Positions 8,845 to 18,124 of a DNA stretch of 32,000 bases are shown here, piece by piece (the stretch's first letter is position 1; every line of letters starts with the position of its first letter). Made by a program: the position numbers and the translations under genes. Under the pieces are notes generated by a model. That model did no database searches. It was given only the letters and a program-made list of their open reading frames with translations, and was not told where the DNA came from. Origin of the DNA: Candidatus Saccharimonadota bacterium. GTDB taxonomy: Bacteria; Patescibacteriota; Microgenomatia; UBA1406; GWC2-37-13. The stretch spans positions 60,001 through 92,000 of the forward strand of contig CP064967.1 in the NCBI GenBank assembly GCA_016699265.1, written 5' to 3'.

Positions 8845-9402
8845 TTATCTTCGTTCTGGAGATGGACCATGAAAACGCCCTTCAAAACGTCTACGAGTTT
8901 TTCCAGCTGCTGCGATAGTGCCCTCGAGTCCGTTAGGAAATATTTCGCGATCTTCTATGGAAAGTTCTTCGTATGGTAGACCCTCTTTAATTAAGTGAAT
9001 TTTAGCTTCACCAACGGCTTCATTGTCATTACCTATTGAAACCGTGCCTTCTTTAGTAATAACACCGTCGAAGGTAAACATTCTTACTATTTCTAACTGT
9101 TCAGCTGTAAGTCCAGTGTACAGTCGCGCAGTAACAGAGGCAGTACGGTTGGGCACCAAGACTCTTGTACTAAACCCCGAGTCAACTACATCGGTTCTCA
9201 TTCTCGCATTGACATCGGTGCCATGTACAAGACCTAACATGAATCCCTGAAGTTCCATTTGATGTGAGGCGGGAAGTTCGCCAAGTAGCGCTTCCATCAC
9301 ACGAGAGTCTTTTAATGCTCCTGCTGCCATGTAGTGGGCATTGATTCTTTGATCGGTAGACATAAGAAGGTCATATTGTAGCACTAAGGAGGGCCTTGTC
9401 AA
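8845..9402 (-). CDS. GGCT/AIG2-like fold protein, paralog A
   Basis: Aligns by eye with the 9411-9950 product: AAGALKDSRVMEALLG / AIGPLKIPSVMSELLG, LQGFMLGLV / LSGFELVIV, LTAEQLEIVRMF / LTAHELELINKF, IHLIKEGLPYE / IHHLREGVPYV. Met at 9363 is an alternative start. Confidence 0.55.
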   Translation of the reverse strand: MTRPSLVLQYDLLMSTDQRINAHYMAAGALKDSRVMEALLGELPASHQMELQGFMLGLVHGTDVNARMRTDVVDSGFSTRVLVPNRTASVTARLYTGLTAEQLEIVRMFTFDGVITKEGTVSIGNDNEAVGEAKIHLIKEGLPYEELSIEDREIFPNGLEGTIAAAGKTRRRFEGRFHGPSPERR

Positions 9403-9410
9403 TAGATCTC

Positions 9411-9950
9411 TTATTTTCTACTTTGTAGGGGGAGGAGAGGGTGCTCCCTGATCTGTTTTGCCATGGCTCGATACTCATCCAGGAACGGATTAATCATTCC
9501 AAGCTCTGCTTCTGTGTAGATCGCCTCAATTATCGTGTCTGTTTCAGAGTCGAAGTCATACCTAACATAGGGAACTCCTTCTCGAAGATGATGAATAAGA
9601 AAGTGTTGTTTCAAACGTCCAAAACCAGTACGGTCTAACCGAGCTTCGTTAATTTCGCCAACTCTACAGAATTTGTTTATCAACTCTAATTCATGTGCTG
9701 TGAGGTCGTGGTACTGTGCCAGTGTAACTTCGCTATAATCAACAGGGTTGAGCGCAAACTGTGGAATGGTTTCGTTGCCATCCTTTACAATAACCAACTC
9801 AAACCCACTTAGATAAACGAGCTCTTTCTTTGGTGTAACAGTTCTTCCCAGTAGTTCGGACATAACCGACGGGATCTTAAGAGGTCCTATTGCGAGAAAG
9901 TTATTTGTTGCGTGAGTAAGAGATATTGAAGAATCGTCAGACATCCCCAA
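9411..9950 (-). CDS. GGCT/AIG2-like fold protein, paralog B
   Basis: See paralog A. It also aligns with the 3137-3706 product (G..K....MS...G[KR] then L.G[YF]EL). Confidence 0.55.
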   Translation of the reverse strand: MGMSDDSSISLTHATNNFLAIGPLKIPSVMSELLGRTVTPKKELVYLSGFELVIVKDGNETIPQFALNPVDYSEVTLAQYHDLTAHELELINKFCRVGEINEARLDRTGFGRLKQHFLIHHLREGVPYVRYDFDSETDTIIEAIYTEAELGMINPFLDEYRAMAKQIREHPLLPLQSRK

Positions 9951-11852
9951 TTATATACTATGGGATATAGAATGTAAAGCTTTTACTGCCTTAACAATAG
10001 CAGAGGCATCTATTTCTTGATAATGTAAATTTTCTTCAGGCGTGCCGCTGTGAGGAATATTGTGAACGCAGAGGTGATCGAAACTTTTAGCTTGTAACTT
10101 AGAACTTGCGAGTGAGGAAAGAACTGCTTCGCCTATTCCTCCAGCTGCATAATGATCTTCAACGACTATTATCGGTAAATGAGCGAATTTTTTTATTGTT
10201 TCTGCATCAATCGGCTTGATAGAGTAGAGGTCTACGATTGCTATCGAAATACCCTCGTTTTTTAGGGCTTCACGTGCCTTGAGCGCCTCATGCAATGTAA
10301 TACCGGCGGTGAAGACTACTGCCTTGTCATTCTGGCTCTGACGAAGAATTTTGGACCCGCCAATTTTCATAGATTTTGTCTCTTCTGTGGTGCATAAGAC
10401 CGGAAGAGTTGCGCGAGTCGTTCTTAAGTAATTAATTCCTTTTTGACCATGAAGTAATTTAAGCTGCTGTATCGCTGAATTTGCATCTGATGGGTATAAA
10501 ATAGTGCTATTTAACACGCTCCGAAACATCGAAATATCTTCAAGTCCCATTTGGGATGATCCATCCTGCCCCATTGAGACTCCAACATGCGATCCACAGA
10601 AGGTGAGATTAACATATGAGTACTGACTCATGCGAATTTGGTCAAAGGCTCTCGTAAGAAACGATCCAAAGGTTGAGATGAATGGTTTAAATCCTATCTT
10701 CGAAAGCCCCAACGCTACGGAAACCATATTTTGCTCAGCGATGAACATCTCGAAGAAGCGGTTGGGAAAAACTCTCTTAAATTTTTCAGAAAATGTTGAG
10801 TTGGACATTTCAGCATCAAGAACGACTAAGTTATCATCGCTTTTTCCCAGTTCAACAAGAGCGTCACCATAGGCTTGACGGGTAGCGATATTCTCACCTA
10901 GAGAATATTGCGTGGTTGTTAGCTCTCGGCTGTCTGTGTTCAGATTGTCGCTGACTACTGATATTTGATCATTTAAATCTGGAGAATTAATTTTGCCAAC
11001 CAAATCATAATTAACTTCTCCGAGTTCTTTAAGCGCTTCATCTAGCTTATCCTTTGGAACCGGTTTCCCGTGCCAGCCCTCTTTATTTTCGAGAAACGAA
11101 ACACCTTTTCCTTTTATTGTTTTGGCTATGAAAATGGTTGGTTGATTGTCAGGGAGGGTTTGCTGGTAAGCCTTTTGTATTTCATCAATGTTGTGACCGT
11201 CTTCTATTATCGCGACATTCCATCCAAAGGCTTTAAAACGGTCTGCATACGTTTGTAGATCCCATCCAAGCATTGTCTCTCCTCGTTGACCGAGACGATT
11301 CACGTCGAGGATTGCGATCAAATTAGATGTTTTATAATGCGATGCAAGTTCCGCAGCTTCCCAGACTTGACCTTCTGCAACTTCACTATCACCTAATAGA
11401 ACAAAAACTATTGGTTTTCTGTTAGTTCTGAGTTCTAAGTTCTTGGTTCTTAAATTAATTCCTAACGCCATTCCCAGACCGATTGATAAACCTTGTCCAA
11501 GCGATCCTGTCTCGACATCGTGATATGGGAAGAGTGGCGTTGGGTGGCCTTCCAGTCGAGAATTATGATCTCGCAACTTCATTAGGTCATCATCAGTTAG
11601 TGCGCCTGCAACGCGATACAGAGCGTAAAGAAGTGGCGATGCATGACCTTTGGAAAGGATAAATCTGTCATTGTTTAATATATGTGGTTCGTCGATGTTG
11701 TAATGGTATGGTCCTGAAAAAAAGAGCGTTGTTATAAGTTCGACAGCCGAAAGTGAGGAAGTAGGGTGGCCGGATCCGGCGTGTGTTGTTGAGGTTAGAA
11801 TATGGCGACGAACCAACTTACACAGTTCCTGAATTTCTTGTGAAGATTGCAT
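9951..11852 (-). CDS. tkt: Transketolase (full length: TPP, pyrimidine-binding and C-terminal domains)
   Basis: GSGHPTSSLS, GSLGQGLS, LLGDSEVAEGQVWEA, FIAEQNMV, and 633 aa in length. Confidence 0.95.
   Translation of the reverse strand: MQSSQEIQELCKLVRRHILTSTTHAGSGHPTSSLSAVELITTLFFSGPYHYNIDEPHILNNDRFILSKGHASPLLYALYRVAGALTDDDLMKLRDHNSRLEGHPTPLFPYHDVETGSLGQGLSIGLGMALGINLRTKNLELRTNRKPIVFVLLGDSEVAEGQVWEAAELASHYKTSNLIAILDVNRLGQRGETMLGWDLQTYADRFKAFGWNVAIIEDGHNIDEIQKAYQQTLPDNQPTIFIAKTIKGKGVSFLENKEGWHGKPVPKDKLDEALKELGEVNYDLVGKINSPDLNDQISVVSDNLNTDSRELTTTQYSLGENIATRQAYGDALVELGKSDDNLVVLDAEMSNSTFSEKFKRVFPNRFFEMFIAEQNMVSVALGLSKIGFKPFISTFGSFLTRAFDQIRMSQYSYVNLTFCGSHVGVSMGQDGSSQMGLEDISMFRSVLNSTILYPSDANSAIQQLKLLHGQKGINYLRTTRATLPVLCTTEETKSMKIGGSKILRQSQNDKAVVFTAGITLHEALKAREALKNEGISIAIVDLYSIKPIDAETIKKFAHLPIIVVEDHYAAGGIGEAVLSSLASSKLQAKSFDHLCVHNIPHSGTPEENLHYQEIDASAIVKAVKALHSISHSI
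11424..11451. repeat. In-frame heptamer microsatellite AGTTCTN x4 inside tkt
   Basis: agttctg agttcta agttctt ggttctt on the + strand encodes LRTKNLELRT on the - strand, within the loop just before the LLGD TPP motif. Confidence 0.8.
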
Positions 11853-11888
11853 AGAGTATAATTTCAGTATAAGCTATCTCATATTTTT

Positions 11889-12635
11889 ATGGCAGAAGGA
11901 CAAGAAACACCACGATTAGTAAAGCCAACAAAACATCCAGAACAGGTTGCGGGTTATGTTGCAAAAGGTGCTCCAGAAAAACTTGCTCGAGAAATTGTGG
12001 CAGATAAAATTATAGGTGGAAGGCGTGTAAAGAAGCTTGAGGAGTTAGCAATGGTAGATCCGCTAACCGGAGCTTTTAACAGACGATATTTTAATGAGGA
12101 ATTGCAGGACGCATTCAATCTTACGAGTCGAGAACAAAGTGATGGCATTAGGACGCAAATCGGAGTACTGATATTAGATCTCGATAGATTTAAAAGCGTA
12201 AATGATCGTTTTTCACATATGGAAGGGGACAGAGTTTTAAAATTATTTGCCGACAGCATTAAGGGTAAGATCCGAGAGGAAGATGTATTTGCGAGGCTTG
12301 GAGGGGAAGAGTTCGGACTCATAATTAGGGAGTCTCATAAACTAACGCCAGAGGATTTGGTTAAGATGGTCGATCGTTACAGGAAAACAATTGCGGAAAA
12401 AGTCATGACCGGCCATGTTGCCGGACCCAAAAACGAGTCTGTCACGACCAGTGTAGGTCTCGTTCTCTTTCCAAACGGTGCCCATATCGAGCGGCCTCAA
12501 GATCTCGTTCATTGTGCGGATCAAGCACTCTATCAAGCAAAAGCAAACGGAAGAAACCAAGTTGTGAAGTTTGAGGGAATTGACGATAACGGAACTCCTC
12601 AGTTTTCTAACGTCGAGGTATCTCCTAAGGGTTGA
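11889..12635 (+). CDS. Diguanylate cyclase, stand-alone GGDEF domain (GGEEF active site, RxxD I-site)
   Basis: [27 protein letters not shown] five residues before GGEEFG, and [16 protein letters not shown]. Confidence 0.9.
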   Translation: MAEGQETPRLVKPTKHPEQVAGYVAKGAPEKLAREIVADKIIGGRRVKKLEELAMVDPLTGAFNRRYFNEELQDAFNLTSREQSDGIRTQIGVLILDLDRFKSVNDRFSHMEGDRVLKLFADSIKGKIREEDVFARLGGEEFGLIIRESHKLTPEDLVKMVDRYRKTIAEKVMTGHVAGPKNESVTTSVGLVLFPNGAHIERPQDLVHCADQALYQAKANGRNQVVKFEGIDDNGTPQFSNVEVSPKG

Positions 12636-13462
12636 CCAAGTTCCTGCGCTTTCAATACTCTACGCATTATTTTTCCACTTCTTGTTTTTGGTAACGATGT
12701 TACAAACTCGATCTCATCAGGCGTTGCGATTGGTCCGATCATCTCTCTTACTTTTTTCTTGAGCTCTGCCTTCAGTTCATCGGTTGGTTGCTGACCAACC
12801 TTAAGAATAATAAAGGCCTTGATCGACTCTCCTTTGACTTCGTGGGGTTTACCGATAACTGCCGCCTCGGCAACTGACGGATGAGCGACAAACGCACTTT
12901 CTAGTTCTGCAGAACCAAATCGGTAACCTGAAACCTTCAGAACATCATCATTTCTTCCGAGAATCCAAAAATATCCATCTTCATCGATTTTGGCAGTGTC
13001 TCCCGTGAAGTACACATTCGGAATCTCTTCCCAGTAAGATTTTCTATACTTTTCTTCGTTTTTATAGATATCCTTCATCATCGCTGGCCAAGGCTTTTTA
13101 ATTATTAAGAAGCCCTGTTTATTCCGTTCGACAGGTTGACCATCATGGTCTACAACGTCTAATTCAAGACCGGGGAAAGGCTTGAAGGCTGAGCCAGGTT
13201 TAAGCACAACTGATGGTAGTGGGGATAGAATGTGCATTCCCGTTTCGGTTTGCCACCAAGTATCCATTATCGGGCATCGTCCTCCTCCAATGACCCGATG
13301 ATACCATTTCCATGCCTCTGGGTTAATTGGTTCACCAACACTTCCCAAGATTTTTACATTTGAAAAATCAAATTTGTTTGGCCATTCTTCTCCATACTTC
13401 ATTAAAGCTCTGATTGCGGTAGGAGTCGTGTAAAACTTAGAAACTTTATATTTAGAAAGCAA
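12599..13462 (-). CDS. acs: Acetyl-CoA synthetase, C-terminal fragment of the same frameshifted gene
   Basis: [65 protein letters not shown]. The frame is open back to 13489, where it reads [14 protein letters not shown]. Confidence 0.85.
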   Translation of the reverse strand: MLSKYKVSKFYTTPTAIRALMKYGEEWPNKFDFSNVKILGSVGEPINPEAWKWYHRVIGGGRCPIMDTWWQTETGMHILSPLPSVVLKPGSAFKPFPGLELDVVDHDGQPVERNKQGFLIIKKPWPAMMKDIYKNEEKYRKSYWEEIPNVYFTGDTAKIDEDGYFWILGRNDDVLKVSGYRFGSAELESAFVAHPSVAEAAVIGKPHEVKGESIKAFIILKVGQQPTDELKAELKKKVREMIGPIATPDEIEFVTSLPKTRSGKIMRRVLKAQELGQPLGDTSTLEN

Positions 13463-14466
13463 AGACCACCATTTTCCAGGATCTGAAAGTCAGGCGGACC
13501 TTCATATATGAAGTTAGTTATTCCGTTAATAAGCGGAGCGTAGACTATGTAACTATGGCCTGTAATCCACCCTGGATCTGCGGTGCACCAATAAACATCT
13601 GTTGGTTGAAGATTGAAGATCCACTTAAGCGTTATATATATTCCAACCATATAACCTCCATGGCTGTGAACAATCCCTTTTGGTTTGCCGGTACTTCCCG
13701 ATGTGTAAAGAATAAAAAGGGGATCCTCTGCATCCATAATTTCGGTAGAACAAATGCTATCCTGTTTGGCGAGCACATCATCCCACCAGAGATCTCGTCC
13801 CTCAACCATTTCAACGGGATTACCGGTTCTTTTCACGATAATCATTTTTTGTACTGAAGGACAGTCTTTTACTGCATTATCCACCGTTTTTTTAGTGTCG
13901 ATGAGCTTCTCTCTAAAATGATATCCATCTGCTGTAATAACGACCTTCGACTCTGCTTCGGTAACTCGATTTTTCATTGCGTCTGTCGAGAATCCTGAGT
14001 ACACAACCGTATGAACGGCTCCAATCTTAGCGCATGCAAGCATACTGATTGTCTGCTCCGGAAGTCTTGGAAGATAGATGCTGACTCGATCTCCTTTTTT
14101 AATTCCGAGCGTTTTCAAGGCATTTGCGAGTTTGCAGACTTCATCGTTGAGTTGTTGATATGTAAATGTTCGCACGCCTCCATCCTGACCCTCCCAGACG
14201 AGCGCCATCTTATCCTTGGTCGCTGTCTTCAAATGCCTATCGAGTGCATTATTCACGATGTTGCACTTTGCTCCTTTAAACCAGTGGGCATATGGATACT
14301 GCCAGTCAAGAACTGTGTCCCACGGCTTGAACCAACTCAGTTCCTTAGCGATGTTTTCCCAGAAGGCCTCAGGTTGAGCTACAGACTCTGCATATAGTTT
14401 TTCGTAGTCTTTCACGTATGAAGATTCGACTAAGTCCGGAGAGGGTTTAATAGCAGTTTCGTCCAT
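13402..14466 (-). CDS. acs: Acetyl-CoA synthetase (AMP-forming), N-terminal fragment of a frameshifted gene
   Basis: [50 protein letters not shown]. Homology ends at YEGPPDF, after which the frame reads nonsense up to the stop. Confidence 0.85.
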   Translation of the reverse strand: MDETAIKPSPDLVESSYVKDYEKLYAESVAQPEAFWENIAKELSWFKPWDTVLDWQYPYAHWFKGAKCNIVNNALDRHLKTATKDKMALVWEGQDGGVRTFTYQQLNDEVCKLANALKTLGIKKGDRVSIYLPRLPEQTISMLACAKIGAVHTVVYSGFSTDAMKNRVTEAESKVVITADGYHFREKLIDTKKTVDNAVKDCPSVQKMIIVKRTGNPVEMVEGRDLWWDDVLAKQDSICSTEIMDAEDPLFILYTSGSTGKPKGIVHSHGGYMVGIYITLKWIFNLQPTDVYWCTADPGWITGHSYIVYAPLINGITNFIYEGPPDFQILENGGLCFLNIKFLSFTRLLPQSEL

Positions 14467-14489
14467 GTAGAGTAATTATGCAGAAAGAG

Positions 14490-14525
14490 GGGATTGAATT
14501 GCAAGAGATATTTAGAATCAGTCCC
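14490..14525 (-). terminator. Possible intrinsic terminator downstream of tyrS
   Basis: 8-bp stem (gggattga / tcagtccc, one G.U pair) followed on the - strand by CTCTTTCT. The loop is long (~20 nt), so the call is weak. Confidence 0.25.
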
Positions 14526-14546
14526 TTCGCATCGCCGCATCGTGAA

Positions 14547-15683
14547 TCATCGGGTGACTTGAAAGGATATCACTCTTTCTAAGAGTTTTTTTGCCTCTTC
14601 ATTTTTCTCAAAATGCTCTCGCACTGGTTGTAATAGTTTGTCAAGTTCTGACGCGACAGAAACTTTGAGATCCTGTGGGTGAATTTCTTTTGCCGCAAAC
14701 TTATTTTCTAGATCCTCATACGAAGTTACGGTGAGATTTCCACCGAACTTTTCCGGTCGAACAATAGTCATAGAATCAACACTCTCAAAAATGATGTATT
14801 TGCAATATTCTAGAACAGGATTGTCCTTTACTTCACCCTCTAGACACCAAGCTTTGTTAAGTTTTCGTTTAATATCTTCAGTTGTATCGGTCATGAAGAT
14901 CGCTGAGTCGGGATGTGACTTGGACATCTTCAGAGCGATAGCTCTGGTCATAGCGCTCTGAGTTTTCAGTGGTCGGTCGTCTGTTGTCGGACCATTGACG
15001 GCCGATATCTGATTGCCGATATCTGTTGGGGGCTTACCAAGTCCCATGAGCATATGGTGACTTACGACAACCGGTTTCCAAAATCCAAGTTGGGGACCGA
15101 TCTCACGGGCAAGCATATTTAGTTTGCGCTGGTCCATTCCGAGTTGAGTTATTTTAGCTCCAAGCATGAAAATGTCCGCGACCTGCATACAGGAGTAGAT
15201 AATATGAGCGCCGGTAAGATTGTCCAGAGACTCCTCGCGTCCCATCATCTCCGCGGTTCTCACAAAGCGTTTAAGGGCGTTAGATTTGCCCACCTGAACA
15301 ACTAACTTCCAGTAGTCGGAGTTCTTTGCCATTTCAGATGCCCAGTGAAACTCCACCTTCGTCATATCCATTCCGCAGGCTTTCCAAACCTCGATGAAGT
15401 ACTTTCCGACCGTCTGAATTTTGTCGAGGTCTCCACCCATTTTATTGTTTGCCATGGCGTGCCAGTCGGCAACCCACATCTTAAACTTGATTCCGGCCTT
15501 GGTCATTTTATTTACATTGATCGCTCGAAGGAGTCCTTGAGCGATGTGGATTTGTCCAGAAGGTTCAAAACCGTCGTAAGCAGTCAGTTCTTCACCTGAT
15601 TCAAGGAGTTTTTTGAGCTCTTCCTCCTGAATTATTTCTTCGCCGACCTCTCGTACTAATTTAAGTTTATCGTCAGTTGTCAT
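14547..15683 (-). CDS. tyrS: Tyrosyl-tRNA synthetase, archaeal/eukaryal type
   Basis: From memory it aligns along its whole length with Methanocaldococcus jannaschii TyrRS: AYDGFEPSGQIH, MQVADI, MDQRKLNMLARE, KMSKS, RPEKFGGNLTV.SYEDLE..F..KEIHPQDLK. It lacks the bacterial C-terminal S4-like domain. Confidence 0.88.
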   Translation of the reverse strand: MTTDDKLKLVREVGEEIIQEEELKKLLESGEELTAYDGFEPSGQIHIAQGLLRAINVNKMTKAGIKFKMWVADWHAMANNKMGGDLDKIQTVGKYFIEVWKACGMDMTKVEFHWASEMAKNSDYWKLVVQVGKSNALKRFVRTAEMMGREESLDNLTGAHIIYSCMQVADIFMLGAKITQLGMDQRKLNMLAREIGPQLGFWKPVVVSHHMLMGLGKPPTDIGNQISAVNGPTTDDRPLKTQSAMTRAIALKMSKSHPDSAIFMTDTTEDIKRKLNKAWCLEGEVKDNPVLEYCKYIIFESVDSMTIVRPEKFGGNLTVTSYEDLENKFAAKEIHPQDLKVSVASELDKLLQPVREHFEKNEEAKKLLERVISFQVTR

Positions 15684-15728
15684 AGTAGTAATTGAAAAGT
15701 ATTATACATGAAACCATAGTAGGGTATA

Positions 15729-16718
15729 ATGGCTTCTAGTATGAAAAAAAGAGTATTATCTGGAATTCGAGCGACAGGAAGACTCCATCTTGGGAACTAT
15801 CTCGGTGCGGTCAAAGGAATGCTGGAACTTCAGGAAAATCCTGATTACGAAACGCTCTATATGGTTGCGGATCTCCACACCGTAACAACACCATATGATG
15901 TTGAGGAGCTGAAGGCGAATAGGAGAGAGGTTTATCTTGAGTACCTTGCCTGTGGTCTCGATCCAAAGAAAAGTATTATTTTTTTCCAGTCCGATGTTCC
16001 GGAACACACGGAGTTAGCGTTTTATTTTTCATCGGTTGCTACCATTGCGAGAATGCAGCATCTTCCCACCTATAAAGATAAGGTGAAGCAGTATCCGCAG
16101 GATAACACCATGGCTCTTCTAAACTACCCGTTGTTGATGTCTGCAGACATTCTCATTTACAAAGCGAATTTCGTGCCGGTTGGGATTGATCAGGAGCCAC
16201 ATCTTGAGGTAGCCCGCGAGATTGCTCGGAAGATGAATGATAAGTATGGTCTGAGTTTCCCCGAGCCTAAGCGTTTTGCTTCTGAGGGTGAATATATTCC
16301 ATCTTTGAAAGGTGAAGGAAAGATGAGTAAGTCGGTGGAGGGAAGCTTCATTAATCTTACGGACTCATTTGAGGAAGTCCAGAAAAAAGTACGATCGATG
16401 CCCACGGCCACGGTGGCTGGTGGTGAAATGAATGCCGGCATTAAGGCACTCTTTACGCTTGCAGATATATATCTTTCAGAGTCGGTTGGAGAATATAAAA
16501 AGAAGTTTGAGGCTGGTACTTTGCAGTTTTCCGACCTGAAAGATTCGCTTGCTCAGGCAATCTTCGAAAAACTGAAACCTATACAGAATAAAAGAATAGA
16601 ACTTGAAGCAAACCCTGAGTATATTGCACAATTAATTCAAGAAGGTGCGCGAAAAGCACGAGAGATCGCATCCCAAACCGTTGCTGAGGTTAAAAATGCG
16701 ATGGGTCTCTGTTCATGA
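15729..16718 (+). CDS. trpS: Tryptophanyl-tRNA synthetase, bacterial type
   Basis: SGIRATGRLHLGNYLGA, GIDQEPHLEVAREIA, KMSKS, ~329 aa. ATG at 15741 is an alternative start. Confidence 0.95.
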   Translation: MASSMKKRVLSGIRATGRLHLGNYLGAVKGMLELQENPDYETLYMVADLHTVTTPYDVEELKANRREVYLEYLACGLDPKKSIIFFQSDVPEHTELAFYFSSVATIARMQHLPTYKDKVKQYPQDNTMALLNYPLLMSADILIYKANFVPVGIDQEPHLEVAREIARKMNDKYGLSFPEPKRFASEGEYIPSLKGEGKMSKSVEGSFINLTDSFEEVQKKVRSMPTATVAGGEMNAGIKALFTLADIYLSESVGEYKKKFEAGTLQFSDLKDSLAQAIFEKLKPIQNKRIELEANPEYIAQLIQEGARKAREIASQTVAEVKNAMGLCS

Positions 16719-17590
16719 CCAATCTTCATTTCTACAATCTTCGCAGTCGTTTAGGAATGATGAATCTTCCTCATCGCATGGATGAGTTTAATGTGGGTGT
16801 GGAAGAGGGTGGCGACGCGATTTTGACCGAGGAGTTTCTTTCCCAATTTCCTCAGGTAGTAGTTGACTCTTTCACCTTCCCATTACCGGAAGAAATCGAG
16901 CGAAAAAAATACTTTGATTCGATCGTTGAGTACTCGCAAAAGGCGATAGACCTCCTTGAGGAAACATTGCAAGATAATGAAACTCAGGTGGTAATTGGGG
17001 GCGATCATAGCGTTGCTTTCTGCTCCTTAGTTGCGCTTCTACGTAGACTCCACTCGCACAGCATAGGATACATTCAGATCGACTCACACCCAGACATAAA
17101 TACGATCGCGACTAGTCCAACCGGAAACTTTCACGGTATGTGGATGAGGCCCTTTGTTGGCGGCTTTGAGAACGAGCTCATTAATCAATTAGTACCACAT
17201 TTTTTAAAACCAGAACAAATTTTCTATATCGGCAATCTCGATCTAGACCCTGAGGAGCAGGAGCTCATCGATCATAAAAAAATTCAGATACTCTCGATAA
17301 AAGGTTTGCGGAATAGTGACTCGCAACAGCGGATAAAAAGATTCATGGACTCATTTGATCACATACACCTTGATGTAGATATAGATGGTTTTGATAGTTC
17401 TGTAGCTCCAGGAACAGGAATTCCAGCAGAAAATGGGCTATTGCTCAAGGATGTCGAGCCGATTTTTGAGCTCTTTAAGAATAAAGAGAGTAAGTCATTT
17501 GATCTTGTTGAAGTAAATCCACAAAAAGATCAGGATGGAATGACGGTCAGTCTTGCTCAAAAATTGATTCAGGATGCATTTGGTTCTTGA
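16715..17590 (+). CDS. Arginase/agmatinase/formiminoglutamase (ureohydrolase) family protein
   Basis: Metal-binding motifs GGDHSVA, IDSHPD and DVDIDGFDSSVAPGTG. ATGA overlap with the trpS stop. Confidence 0.85.
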   Translation: MTNLHFYNLRSRLGMMNLPHRMDEFNVGVEEGGDAILTEEFLSQFPQVVVDSFTFPLPEEIERKKYFDSIVEYSQKAIDLLEETLQDNETQVVIGGDHSVAFCSLVALLRRLHSHSIGYIQIDSHPDINTIATSPTGNFHGMWMRPFVGGFENELINQLVPHFLKPEQIFYIGNLDLDPEEQELIDHKKIQILSIKGLRNSDSQQRIKRFMDSFDHIHLDVDIDGFDSSVAPGTGIPAENGLLLKDVEPIFELFKNKESKSFDLVEVNPQKDQDGMTVSLAQKLIQDAFGS

Positions 17591-17696
17591 TTTTTGCCGC
17601 TAATCGATGCTAGATTTTGATATAGCTACCAATTTTTCAACTGAAGGAGACCACCGTCGCACTAGGCTATGGTGGCCGAAGGAGGTGAAATAATTA

Positions 17697-17966
17697 GTGT
17701 CAAATAAACTCTACGTAGGAAATCTTCTCTATGAAGTTACCGAGGATCAGCTTCGCACATACTTCGAGAAGGTTGGCCCCGTGGTTTCTACAAGCATCAT
17801 TCGTTTCAAGGACTCGGGTAGATCAAAAGGATTTGGTTTTGTCGAGATGGAGACGGAAGAAGGAGCTCAACAAGGTTTAGAGCTCAATGGCCAGGATTTT
17901 GAGGGAAGAAGACTCATCGTCTCCGAAGCACGCCCGCCGAAAGTAAACACATTCGATGATAACTAG
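17697..17966 (+). CDS. RRM-type RNA-binding protein
   Basis: RNP2 KLYVGNL and RNP1 KGFGFVEM. GTG start preceded by a strong GGAGGTG Shine-Dalgarno sequence at ~17681-17687. Confidence 0.9.
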   Translation: MSNKLYVGNLLYEVTEDQLRTYFEKVGPVVSTSIIRFKDSGRSKGFGFVEMETEEGAQQGLELNGQDFEGRRLIVSEARPPKVNTFDDN

Positions 17967-18048
17967 TAGCGATCGTCGCTTTTGATACAAGCTCTGTCGC
18001 AAATGGTAGGGTTTTGTATAATACGTTGTAAGTCCGCGAAGTTTTTAT

Positions 18049-18081
18049 TTTGTATTTTGAAATTTGTATTGAATTTGTATT
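18049..18081. repeat. Three direct TTTGTATT repeats (18049, 18063, 18074) in the leuS upstream region
   Basis: Read directly from the sequence. The last two copies form an 11-bp tandem, AATTTGTATTG/AATTTGTATTT. Confidence 0.6.
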
Positions 18082-18124
18082 TTTTAAAAATTGAATAAAA
18101 AAAATAAAAAATTCAAATTACCAT

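Noticed and set aside
17633-17696. Structured 5' UTR or riboswitch ahead of the RRM protein gene (CCACC..GGTGG pairing)
   Set aside because: There is only a 5-bp stem with a ~17-nt loop and no recognisable riboswitch core. It is too weak to call without comparative data.
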